Of a DNA stretch of 37,215 nt, positions 20,318-33,700 are shown in pieces. Position 1 is the first letter of the stretch, and the number at the start of each line of letters is the position of its first letter. The stretch is from positions 1 to 37,215 of the forward strand of contig NIVC01002801.1 of assembly GCA_002269645.1 (NCBI GenBank), in the 5' to 3' direction. This stretch comes from Macrostomum lignano (Eukaryota). The notes beneath the pieces were generated by a model, which saw nothing but the letters and a program-made list of their open reading frames with translations, had not been told where the DNA came from and made no database searches. The position numbers and the translations under genes are program-made.

Positions 20318-21769
20318 GTCTAAACAATCACTGAACTGCCCTCTATAGATGCTACTTGAGTGAGTAATACTTTGGAAACTACCTAATATGTTTCTGCTTT
20401 CTGCGTTAGTTGCAAAATCTTCGCTTTGAGTGCGGCATAGTGTAGTGTAGGTACCTGAACAAGTTTCTAACTTCATATTTCTGTGCAAAATTCTCTAACT
20501 TCGTACATTAGTATCGAGAGTTTGAAACGGTTTAAACAACGTATTAACAAACAACCGCCAACTGAAGAAAAAAGCAGACAGAATAAATCTTGCGAATCTC
20601 GTTCATGTACGCTTGCACCTCTAAGCCTCACCTTGCTGCGGGGTGTGTGTGTGTGCCACGAATACTTCGCCATACGGTATGTGGAGGTTATACCTGAATG
20701 CAAATGCAAGGAATGAATACAAACAATCGTGCAATGCATTCGCTATCGCATGACGTGAGAGTTGTGCAATGCCAGAGGCAGCCAGTGCTTGTGTGCGTGC
20801 GCAAAATGTCTGCCAGCCCTCACCTCAAATGTCTCTCTACCTCAGCCGACCAGCCCCCCGCTATCGGGGTCTTGACTGCGTGCAGCCGCCGCCAACCACC
20901 GCATTCGAAAGAGTGCGAACAGGGCCCTAGTTATGTACAGCGTGCGGAAAGACCTCTGACCACCCACCCCCCACCACCCGAGCACCCCAAAGCCTTTGCT
21001 AGCTGGAAGCGCGCTTGTAAAAACTGGTCAACGCTAAGAGGCAGAGGCCGGCTACCTTAGTCTTCTAATTTCTGCTTTTAGACACATTTCTTAGCCGGCT
21101 TTGCCACCATAGTTTTGTCTGACAAATTTCCAAGTTTTTCAAGCGAACTTGGTTAACTGCCTGTGCAGAAAGTCGAGCTTCTTATTACTGGGAAGATTTT
21201 CATCTATAGCTGAGCAATGAAAAAAGCCCTAGCAAATCTTGCCCTGGGCTGCGTTGGGGCGCATGGAAGTGCTCAAAAAGAGAAAGAGTTGGCCGATAGA
21301 TCCAGCCAGCCGATAGCCAAGCCAGATTTTAGCGCTGAGGATCTGGTAGCTGAAGGTAAGGTGACCCCCAAAACGTATCTGAAGCATTGAAACGCACATT
21401 GAAATGGCATCCGATGTATGACTTTTACTTTTATCATTTTTAGCCGGAAATGACAGCGTGCAGTCTATTAATGGGTGAGTGACGAATCTATACGTGTACA
21501 TTTACATTATACCTCGTGTAGTCATTCGTGAATGAATGCTCCTCTGTGATGGACCCGCAGCAGCGCTAGCCGCACGAGCAGCACGTCGGATGTCACCCGG
21601 ACAGAACGAGCTGAGATTTTTCTCAGGGTAAGATTTTACAGATGCATTGGATAGAGCAGCAGGCAGGACATTGGAAGCCAGTGTCGGATCTGGAGATTCT
21701 CGATAGAGGGTTGGGAGGTGACAAAGTCTTGGGCCGGTCGAAGGACCAACGCTCGTATTGGTAGCTTCC

Positions 21770-24700
21770 TAGCTCCATCGGATGACCTGTGGGTAGCTCC
21801 ATCGGATGACCTGTGGGTAGCTCCATCGAATGACCTGTGGGTAGCTCCATCGAATGACCTGTGGGTAGCTCCATCGAATGACCTGTGGGTAGCTCCATCG
21901 AATGACCTGTGGGTAGCTCCATCGGATGAACTTGAGGGTAGCTCCATCGGATGAACCTGAGGGTAGCTCCATCGGATGAACCTGAGGGTAGCTCCATCGG
22001 ATGAACCTGAGGGTAGCTCCATTGGATGAACCTGAGGGTAGCTCCATCGGATGAATCTGAGGGTAGCTCCATCGGATGAACCTGAGGGTAGCTCCATCGG
22101 ATGAATCTGAGGGTAGCTCCATCGAATGACCTGTGGGTAGCTCCATCGAATGACCTGTGGGTAGCTCCATCGAATGACCTGTGGGTAGCTCCATCGAATG
22201 ACCTGTGGGTAGCTCCATCGAATGACCTGTGGGTAGCTCCATCGGATGAACCTGAGGGTAGCTCCATCGGATGAACCTGAGGGTAGCTCCATCGGATGAA
22301 CCTGAGGGTAGCTCCATCGGATGAACCTGAGGGTAGCTCCATTGGATGAACCTGAGGGTAGCTCCATCGGATGAATCTGAGGGTAGCTCCATCGGATGAA
22401 CCTGAGGGTAGCTCCATCGGATGAATCTGAGGGTAGCTCCATCGAATGACCTGTGGGTAGCTCCATCGAATGACCTGTGGGTAGCTCCATCGAATGACCT
22501 GTGGGTAGCTCCATCGAATGACCTGTGGGTAGCTCCATCGAATGACCTGTGGGTAGCTCCATCGAATGACCTGTGGGTAGCTCCATCGAATGACCTGTGG
22601 GTAGCTCCATCGAATGACCTGTGGGTAGCTCCATCGAATGACCTGTGGGTAGCTCCATCGGATGAACCTGAGGGTAGCTCCATCGAATGAACCTGAGGGT
22701 AGCTCCATCGGATGAACCTGAGGGTAGCTCCATCGGATGAACCTGAGGGTAGCTCCATTGGATGAACCTAAGGGTAGCTCCATCGGATGAATCTGAGGGT
22801 AGCTCCATCGGATGAACCTGAGGGTAGCTCCATCGGATGAATCTGAGGGTAGCTCCATCGAATGACCTGTGGGTAGCTCCATCGAATGACCTGTGGGTAG
22901 CTCCATCGAATGACCTGTGGGTAGCTCCATCGAATGACCTGTGGGTAGCTCCATCGAATGACCTGTGGGTAGCTCCATCGGATGAACCTGAGGGTAGCTC
23001 CATCGGATGAACCTGAGGGTAGCTCCATCGGATGAACCTGAGGGTAGCTCCATCGGATGAACCTGAGGGTAGCTCCATCGGATGACCTGTGAGTAGCTCC
23101 ATCGAATGACCTGTGGGTAGCTCCATCGAATGACCTGTTGGTAGCTCCATCGAATGACCTGTGGGTAGCTCCATCGAATGACCTGTGGGTAGCTCCATCG
23201 AATGACCTGTGGGTAGCTCCATCGAATGACCTGTGGGTAGCTCCATCGAATGACCTGTGGGTAGCTCCATCGAATGAACCTGAGGGTAGCTCCATAGGAT
23301 GAACCTGAGGGTAGCTCCATCGGATGAACCTGAGGGTAGCTCCATCGGATGAACCTGAGGGTAGCTCCATCGGATGAACCTGAGGGTAGCTCCATCGGAT
23401 GAATCTGTGAGTTGCTCCATCGAATGACCTGTGGGTAGCTCCATCAGATGAATCTGAGGGTAGCTCCATCGGATGAACCTGAGGGTAGCTCCATCGGATG
23501 AATCTGAGGGTAGCTCCATCGGATGAATCTGAGGGTAGCTCCAATGAGGGACCTGTGGGTAGCTCCATCGAGGGACCTGTGGGTAGCTCCATCGAATGAC
23601 CTGTGGGTAGCTCCATCGAATGACCTGTGGGTAGCTCCATCGAATGACCTGTGGGTAGCTCCATCGAATGACCTGTGGGTAGCTCCATCGAATGACCTGT
23701 GGGTAGCTCCATCGAATGACCTGTGGGTAGCTCCATCGAATGACCTGTGGGTAGCTCCATCGAATGACCTGTGGGTAGCTCCATCGAATGACCTGTGGGT
23801 AGCTCCATCGAATGACCTGTGGGTAGCTCATCGGATGAACCTGAGGGTAGCTCCATCGGATGAACCTGAGGGTAGCTCCATCGGATGAACCTGAGGGTAG
23901 CTCCATCGGATGAACCTGAGGGTAGCTCCATCGGATGACCTGTGGGTAGCTCCATCGAATGACCTGTGGGTAGCTCCATCGAATGACCTGTGGGTAGCTC
24001 CATCGAATGACCTGTGGGTAGCTCCATCGAATGACCTGTGGGTAGCTCCATCGAATGACCTGTGGGTAGCTCCATCGAATGACCTGTGGGTAGCTCCATC
24101 GAATGACCTGTGGGTAGCTCCATCGAATGACCTGTGGGTAGCTCCATCGAATGACCTGTGGGTAGCTCCATCGGATGAACTGAGGGTAGCTCCATCGGAT
24201 GAACCTGAGGGTAGCTCCATCGGATGAACCTGAGGGTAGCTCCATCGGATGAACCTGAGGGTAGCTCCATGGATGAACCTGAGGGTAGCTCCATCGGATG
24301 AATCTGAGGGTAGCTCCATCGATGAACCTGAGGGTAGCTCCATCGGATGAATCTGAGGGTAGCTCCATCGAATGACCTGTGGGTAGCTCCATCGAATGAC
24401 CTGTGGGTAGCTCCATCGAATGACCTGTGGGTAGCTCCATCGAATGACCTGTGGGTAGCTCCATCGAATGACCTGTGGGTAGCTCCATCGGATGAACCTG
24501 AGGGTAGCTCCATCGATGAACCTGAGGGTAGCTCCATCGGATGAACCTGAGGGTAGCTCCATCGGATGAACCTGAGGGTAGCTCCATTGGATGAACCTGA
24601 GGGTAGCTCCATCGGATGAATCTGAGGGTAGCTCCATCGGATGAACCTGAGGGTAGCTCCATCGGATGAATCTGAGGGTAGCTCCATCGAATGACCTGTG

Positions 24701-27700
24701 GGTAGCTCCATCGAATGACCTGTGGGTAGCTCCATCGAATGACCTGTGGGTAGCTCCATCGAATGACCTGTGGGTAGCTCCATCGAATGACCTGTGGGTA
24801 GCTCCATCGAATGACCTGTGGGTAGCTCCATCGAATGACCTGTGGGTAGCTCCATCGAATGACCTGTGGGTAGCTCCATCGAATGACCTGTGGGTAGCTC
24901 CATCGGATGAACCTGAGGGTAGCTCCATCGAATGAACCTGAGGGTAGCTCCATCGGATGAACCTGAGGGTAGCTCCATCGGATGAACCTGAGGGTAGCTC
25001 CATGGATGAACCTAAGGGTAGCTCCATCGATGAATCTGAGGGTAGCTCCATCGATGAACCTGAGGGTAGCTCCATCGATGAATCTGAGGGTAGCTCCATC
25101 GAATGACCTGTGGGTAGCTCCATCGAATGACCTGTGGGTAGCTCCATCGAATGACCTGTGGGTAGCTCCATCGAATGACCTGTGGGTAGCTCCATCGAAT
25201 GACCTGTGGGTAGCTCCATCGGATGAACCTGAGGGTAGCTCCATCGGATGAACCTGAGGGTAGCTCCATCGGATGAACCTGAGGGTAGCTCCATCGGATG
25301 AACCTGAGGGTAGCTCCATCGGATGACCTGTGGGTAGCTCCATCGAATGACCTGTGGGTAGCTCCATCGAATGACCTGTGGGTAGCTCCATCGAATGACC
25401 TGTGGGTAGCTCCATCGAATGACCTGTGGGTAGCTCCATCGAATGACCTGTGGGTAGCTCCATCGAATGACCTGTGGGTAGCTCCATCGAATGACCTGTG
25501 GGTAGCTCCATCGAATGAACCTGAGGGTAGCTCCATCGGATGAACCTGAGGGTAGCTCCATCGGATGAACCTGAGGGTAGCTCCATCGGATGAACCTGAG
25601 GGTAGCTCCATCGGATGAACCTGAGGGTAGCTCCATCGGATGAATCTGTGAGTTGCTCCATCGAATGACCTGTGGGTAGCTCCATCAGATGAATCTGAGG
25701 GTAGCTCCATCGGATGAACCTGAGGGTAGCTCCATCGGATGAATCTGAGGGTAGCTCCATCGGATGAATCTGAGGGTAGCTCCATGAGGGTAGCTCCATC
25801 GAGGACCTGTGGGTAGCATCATCGAATGACCTGTGGGTAGCTCCATCGAATGACCTGTGGGTAGCTCCATCGAATGACCTGTGGGTAGCTCCATCGAATG
25901 ACCTGTGGGTAGCTCCATCGAATGACCTGTGGGTAGCTCCATCGAATGACCTGTGGGTAGCTCCATCGAATGACCTGTGGGTAGCTCCATCGAATGACCT
26001 GTGGGTAGCTCCATCGAATGACCTGTGGGTAGCTCCATCGAATGACCTGTGGGTAGCTCCATCGATGAACCTGAGGGTAGCTCCATCGGATGAACCTGAG
26101 GGTAGCTCCATCGGATGAACCTGAGGGTAGCTCCATCGGATGAACCTGAGGGTAGCTCCATCGATGACCTGTGGGTAGCTCCATCGAATGACCTGTGGGT
26201 AGCTCCATCGAATGACCTGTGGGTAGCTCCATCGAATGACCTGTGGGTAGCTCCATCGAATGACCTGTGGGTAGCTCCATCGAATGACCTGTGGGTAGCT
26301 CCATCGAATGACCTGTGGGTAGCTCCATCGAATGACCTGTGGGTAGCTCCATCGATGAACCTGAGGGTAGCTCCATCGGATGAACCTGAGGGTAGCTCCA
26401 TCGGATGAACCTGAGGGTAGCTCCATCGGATGAACCTGAGGGTAGCTCCATCGGATGAACCTGAGGGTAGCTCCATCGGATGAACCTGAGGGTAGCTCCA
26501 TCGATGAACCTGAGGGTAGCTCCATCGAATGACCTGTGGGTAGCTCCATCGAATGACCTGTGGGTAGCTCCATCGAATGACCTGTGGGTAGCTCCATCGA
26601 ATGACCTGTGGGTAGCTCCATCGAATGACCTGTGGGTAGCTCCATCGAATGACCTGTGGGTAGCTCCATCGAATGACCTGTGGGTAGCTCCATCGAATGA
26701 CCTGTGGGTAGCTCCATCGATGACCTGAGGGTAGCTCCATCGATGAACCTGAGGGTAGCTCCATCGGATGAACCTGAGGGTAGCTCCATCGGATGAACCT
26801 GAGGGTAGCTCCATCGGATGAACCTGAGGGTAGCTCCATCGGATGAACCTGAGGGTAGCTCCATCGGATGAACCTGAGGGTAGCTCCATCGATGAACCTG
26901 AGGGTAGCTCCATCGAATGACCTGTGGGTAGCTCCATCGAATGACCTGTGGGTAGCTCCATCGAATGACCTGTGGGTAGCTCCATCGAATGACCTGTGGG
27001 TAGCTCCATCGAATGACCTGTGGGTAGCTCCATCGAATGACCTGTGGGTAGCTCCATCGAATGACCTGTGGGTAGCTCCATCGAATGACCTGTGGGTAGC
27101 TCCATCGAATGACCTGTGGGTAGCTCCATCGATGACCTGTGGGTAGCTCCATCGAATGACCTGTGGGTAGCTCCATCGATGAACCTGAGGGTAGCTCCAT
27201 CGATGAACCTGAGGGTAGCTCCATCGATGAACCTGAGGGTAGCTCCATCGGATGAACCTGAGGGTAGCTCCATCGATGAACCTGAGGGTAGCTCCATCGA
27301 TGAACCTGAGGGTAGCTCCATCGATGAACCTGAGGGTAGCTCCATCGATGAACCTGTGGGTAGCTCCATCGATGAATCTGAGGGTAGCTCCATCGATGAA
27401 CCTGGGTAGCTCCATCGATGACCTGAGGGTAGCTCCATCGATGAACCTGAGGGTAGCTCCATCGATGACCTGTGGGTAGCTCCATCGAGACCTGTGGGTA
27501 GCTCCATCGATGACCTGTGGGTAGCTCCATCGAATGACCTGTGGGTAGCTCCATCGAATGACCTGTGGGTAGCTCCATCGGATGAACCTGAGGGTAGCTC
27601 CATCGGATGAACCTGAGGGTAGCTCCATCGATGAACCTGAGGGTAGCTCCATCGATGAACCTGAGGGTAGCTCCATCGATGACCTGTGGGTAGCTCCATC

Positions 27701-30700
27701 GAATGACCTGTGGGTAGCTCCATCGAATGACCTGTGGGTAGCTCCATCGAATGACCTGTGGGTAGCTCCATCGAATGACCTGTGGGTAGCTCCATCGAAT
27801 GACCTGTGGGTAGCTCCATCGAATGACCTGTGGGTAGCTCCATCGATGAACCTGAGGGTAGCTCCATCGATGAACCTGAGGGTAGCTCCATCGGATGAAC
27901 CTGAGGGTAGCTCCATCGGATGAACCTGAGGGTAGCTCCATCGGATGAACCTGAGGGTAGCTCCATCGGATGAACCTGAGGGTAGCTCCATCGATGAACT
28001 GAGGGTAGCTCCATCGAATGACCTGTGGGTAGCTCCATCGAATGACCTGTGGGTAGCTCCATCGAATGACCTGTGGGTAGCTCCATCGAATGACCTGTGG
28101 GTAGCTCCATCGAATGACCTGTGGGTAGCTCCATCGAATGACCTGTGGGTAGCTCCATCGAATGACCTGTGGGTAGCTCCATCGAATGACCTGTGGGTAG
28201 CTCCATCGAGAACCTGAGGGTAGCTCCATCGATGAACCTGGGTAGCTCCATCGATGAATCTGAGGGTAGCTCCATCGGATGAACCTGAGGGTAGCTCCAT
28301 CGATGACCTGTGGGTAGCTCCATCGAATGACCTGTGGGTAGCTCCATCGAATGACCTGTGGGTAGCTCCATCGAATGACCTGTGGGTAGCTCCATCGAAT
28401 GACCTGTGGGTAGCTCCATCGAATGACCTGTGGGTAGCTCCATCGAATGACCTGTGGGTAGCTCCATCGAATGACCTGTGGGTAGCTCCATCGAGACCTG
28501 TGGGTAGCTCCATCGATGAATCTGAGGGTAGCTCCATCGATGAACCTGAGGGTAGCTCCATCGATGAACCTGAGGGTAGCTCCATCGGATGAACTGAGGG
28601 TAGCTCCATCGGATGAACCTGAGGGTAGCTCCATCGATGAACTGAGGGTAGCTCCATCGAATGACCTGTGGGTAGCTCCATCGAATGACCTGTGGGTAGC
28701 TCCATCGAATGACCTGTGGGTAGCTCCATCGAATGACCTGTGGGTAGCTCCATCGAATGACCTGTGGGTAGCTCCATCGAATGACCTGTGGGTAGCTCCA
28801 TCGAATGACCTGTGGGTAGCTCCATCGAATGACCTGTGGGTAGCTCCATCGAATGACCTGTGGGTAGCTCCATCGATGAACCTGAGGGTAGCTCCATCGA
28901 TGAACCTGAGGGTAGCTCCATCGGATGAACCTGAGGGTAGCTCCATCGATGAACCTGAGGGTAGCTCCATCGGATGAACCTGAGGGTAGCTCCATCGGAT
29001 GAACCTGAGGGTAGCTCCATCGATGAACCTGAGGGTAGCTCCATCGATGAACTGAGGGTAGCTCCATCGAATGACCTGTGGGTAGCTCCATCGAATGACC
29101 TGTGGGTAGCTCCATCGAATGACCTGTGGGTAGCTCCATCGAATGACCTGTGGGTAGCTCCATCGAATGACCTGTGGGTAGCTCCATCGATGACCTGAGG
29201 GTAGCTCCATCGATGAACCTGAGGGTAGCTCCATCGATGAACCTGAGGGTAGCTCCATCGGATGAACCTGAGGGTAGCTCCATCGGATGAACCTGAGGGT
29301 AGCTCCATCGGATGAACCTGAGGGTAGCTCCATCGATGAACCTGAGGGTAGCTCCATCGAATGACCTGTGGGTAGCTCCATCGAATGACCTGTGGGTAGC
29401 TCCATCGAATGACCTGTGGGTAGCTCCATCGAATGACCTGTGGGTAGCTCCATCGAATGACCTGTGGGTAGCTCCATCGAATGACCTGTGGGTAGCTCCA
29501 TCGAATGACCTGTGGGTAGCTCCATCGAATGACCTGTGGGTAGCTCCATCGATGAACCTGAGGGTAGCTCCATCGATGAACCTGAGGTAGCTCCATCGAT
29601 GAATCTGAGGGTAGCTCCATCGGATGAACCTGAGGGTAGCTCCATCGGATGACCTGTGGGTAGCTCCATCGAATGACCTGTGGGTAGCTCCATCGAATGA
29701 CCTGTGGTAGCTCCATCGAATGACCTGTGGGTAGCTCCATCGAATGACCTGTGGGTAGCTCCATCGAATGACCTGTGGGTAGCTCCATCGAATGACCTGT
29801 GGGTAGCTCCATCGAATGACCTGTGGGTAGCTCCATCGATGACCTGTGGGTAGCTCCATCGGATGAACCTGAGGGTAGCTCCATCGATGAACCTGAGGGT
29901 AGCTCCATCGATGAACCTGAGGGTAGCTCCATCGATGAACCTGAGGGTAGCTCCATCGGATGAACCTGAGGGTAGCTCCATCGGATGAACTGAGGGTAGC
30001 TCCATCGAATGACCTGTGGGTAGCTCCATCGAATGACCTGTGGGTAGCTCCATCGAATGACCTGTGGGTAGCTCCATCGAATGACCTGTGGGTAGCTCCA
30101 TCGAATGACCTGTGGGTAGCTCCATCGATGAACCTGAGGGTAGCTCCATCGATGAACCTGAGGGTAGCTCCATCGGATGAACCTGAGGGTAGCTCCATCG
30201 ATGAACCTGAGGGTAGCTCCATCGATGACCTGTGGGTAGCTCCATCGAATGACCTGTGGGTAGCTCCATCGAATGACCTGTGGGTAGCTCCATCGAATGA
30301 CCTGTGGGTAGCTCCATCGAATGACCTGTGGGTAGCTCCATCGAATGACCTGTGGGTAGCTCCATCGAATGACCTGTGGGTAGCTCCATCGAATGACCTG
30401 TGGGTAGCTCCATCGAATGACCTGAGGGTAGCTCCATCGATGAACCTGAGGGTAGCTCCATCGGATGAACCTGAGGGTAGCTCCATCGATGACCTGTGGG
30501 TAGCTCCATCGATGAACCTGAGGGTAGCTCCATCGATGAACTGAGGTAGCTCCATCGAATGACCTGTGGGTAGCTCCATCGATGAACTGAGGGTAGCTCC
30601 ATCGATGAACCTGAGGGTAGCTCCATCGATGAACCTGAGGGTAGCTCCATCGATGAATCTGAGGGTAGCTCCATCGATGACCTGTGGGTAGCTCCATCGA

Positions 30701-33700
30701 GACCTGTGGGTAGCTCCATCGAATGACCTGTGGGTAGCTCCATCGAATGACCTGTGGGTAGCTCCATCGAATGACCTGTGGGTAGCTCCATCGAATGACC
30801 TGTGGGTAGCTCCATCGAATGACCTGTGGGTAGCTCCATCGAATGACCTGTGGGTAGCTCCATCGAATGACCTGTGGGTAGCTCCATCGAATGACCTGTG
30901 GGTAGCTCCATCGAATGACCTGTGGGTAGCTCCATCGAATGACCTGTGGGTAGCTCCATCGGATGAACCTGAGGGTAGCTCCATCGGATGACCTGTGGGT
31001 AGCTCCATCGAATGACCTGTGGGTAGCTCCATCGAATGACCTGTGGGTAGCTCCATCGAATGACCTGTGGGTAGCTCCATCGAATGACCTGTGGTAGCTC
31101 CATCGAATGACCTGTGGGTAGCTCCATCGAATGACCTGTGGGTAGCTCCATCGAATGACCTGTGGGTAGCTCCATCGAATGACCTGTGGGTAGCTCCATC
31201 GAATGACCTGTGGGTAGCTCCATCGAATGAACCTGTGAGGTAGCTCCATCGGATGAACCTGAGGGTAGCTCCATCGGATATGAACCTGAGGGTAGCTCCA
31301 TCGATGAACCTGAGGGTAGCTCCATCGGATGAACCTGAGGGTAGCTCCATCGGATGAACTGAGGGTAGCTCCATCGGATGAACCTGAGGGTAGCTCCATC
31401 GATGACTGTGGGTAGCTCCATCGAATGACCTGTGGTAGCTCCATCGAATGACCTGTGGGTAGCTCCATCGAATGACCTGTGGGTAGCTCCATCGAATGAC
31501 CTGTGGGTAGCTCCATCGAATGACCTGTGGGTAGCTCCATCGATGACCTGAGGGTAGCTCCATCGGATGAACCTGAGGGTAGCTCCATCGATGAACCTGA
31601 GGGTAGCTCCATCGATGAACCTGAGGGTAGCTCCATTGGATGAACCTGAGGGTAGCTCCATCGGATGAATCTGAGGGTAGCTCCATCGGATGAACCTGAG
31701 GGTAGCTCCATCGATGAATCTGAGGGTAGCTCCATCGAATGAACCTGTGGGTAGCTCCATCGAATGACCTGTGGGTAGCTCCATCGAATGACCTGTGGGT
31801 AGCTCCATCGAATGACCTGTGGGTAGCTCCATCGAATGACCTGTGGGTAGCTCCATCGAATGACCTGTGGGTAGCTCCATCGAATGACCTGTGGGTAGCT
31901 CCATCGAATGACCTGTGGGTAGCTCCATCGAATGACCTGTGGGTAGCTCCATCGATGACCTGAGGGTAGCTCCATCGATGAACCTGAGGGTAGCTCCATC
32001 GGATGAACCTGAGGGTAGCTCCATCGGATGAACCTGAGTAGCTCCATGGATGAACCTGAGGGTAGCTCCATCGGATGAATCCTGAGGTAGCTCCATCGGA
32101 ATGAACCTGAGGGTAGCTCCATCGATGAATCTGAGGGTAGCTCCATCGAATGACCTGTGGTAGCTCCATCGAATGACCTGTGGGTAGCTCCATCGAATGA
32201 CCTGTGGGTAGCTCCATCGAATGACCTGTGGTAGCTCCATCGAATGACCTGTGGGTAGCTCCATCGAATGACCTGTGGGTAGCTCCATCGGATGAACCTG
32301 AGGGTAGCTCCATCGGATGAACCTGAGGGTAGCTCCATCGGATGAACCTGAGGGTAGCTCCATCGGATGACCTGTGGGTAGCTCCATCGAATGACCTGTG
32401 GGTAGCTCCATCGAATGACCTGTGGGTAGCTCCATCGAATGACCTGTGGGTAGCTCCATCGAATGACCTGTGGGTAGCTCCATCGAATGACCTGTGGGTA
32501 GCTCCATCGAATGACCTGTGGGTAGCTCCATCGAATGACCTGTGGTAGCTCCATCGAATGAACCTGTGGGTAGCTCCATCGAATGACCTGTGGGTAGCTC
32601 CATCGAATGACCTGTGGGTAGCTCCATCGAATGACCTGTGGGTAGCTCCATCGATGAACCTGAGGGTAGCTCCATCGGATGAACTGTGAGCTCCATCGAA
32701 TGACCTGTGGGTAGCTCCATCGAATGAACCTGAGGGTAGCTCCATCGATGAACCTGAGGTAGCTCCATCGGATGAACTGAGGGTAGCTCCATCGGATGAA
32801 TCTGAGGGTAGCTCCAATGAGACCTGTGGGTAGCTCCATCGAGACCTGTGGGTAGCTCCATCGAATGACCTGTGGTAGCTCCATCGAATGACCTGTGGGT
32901 AGCTCCATCGAATGACCTGTGGGTAGCTCCATCGAATGACCTGTGGGTAGCTCCATCGAATGACCTGTGGGTAGCTCCATCGAATGAACTGTGGGTAGCT
33001 CCATCGAATGACCTGTGGGTAGCTCCATCGATGACCTGTGGTAGCTCCATCGAATGACCTGTGGGTAGCTCCATCGAATGACCTGTGGGTAGCTCATCGA
33101 TGACCTGAGGGTAGCTCCATCGGATGAACCTGAGGGTAGCTCCATCGATGAACCTGAGGGTAGCTCCATCGGATGAACCTGAGGGTAGCTCCATCGATGA
33201 CCTGTGGGTAGCTCCATCGAATGACCTGTGGTAGCTCCATCGAATGACCTGTGGGTAGCTCCATCGAATGACCTGTGGGTAGCTCCATCGAATGACCTGT
33301 GGGTAGCTCCATCGAATGACCTGTGGTAGCTCCATCGAATGACCTGTGGGTAGCTCCATCGGAATGACCTGAGGGTAGCTCCATCGATGAACCTGAGGGT
33401 AGCTCCATCGGATGAACCTGAGGGTAGCTCCATCGGATGAACCTGAGGGTAGCTCCATCGGATGAACGCTGAGGGTAGCTCCATCGATGAACCTGAGGTA
33501 GCTCCATCGGATGAACCTGAGGGTAGCTCCATCGGATGAATCTGAGGGTAGCTCCATCGAATGACCTGTGGGTAGCTCCATCGAATGACCTGTGGGTAGC
33601 TCCATCGAATGACCTGTGGGTAGCTCCATCGAATGACCTGTGGGTAGCTCCATCGAATGACCTGTGGGTAGCTCCATCGAATGACCTGTGGGTAGCTCCA

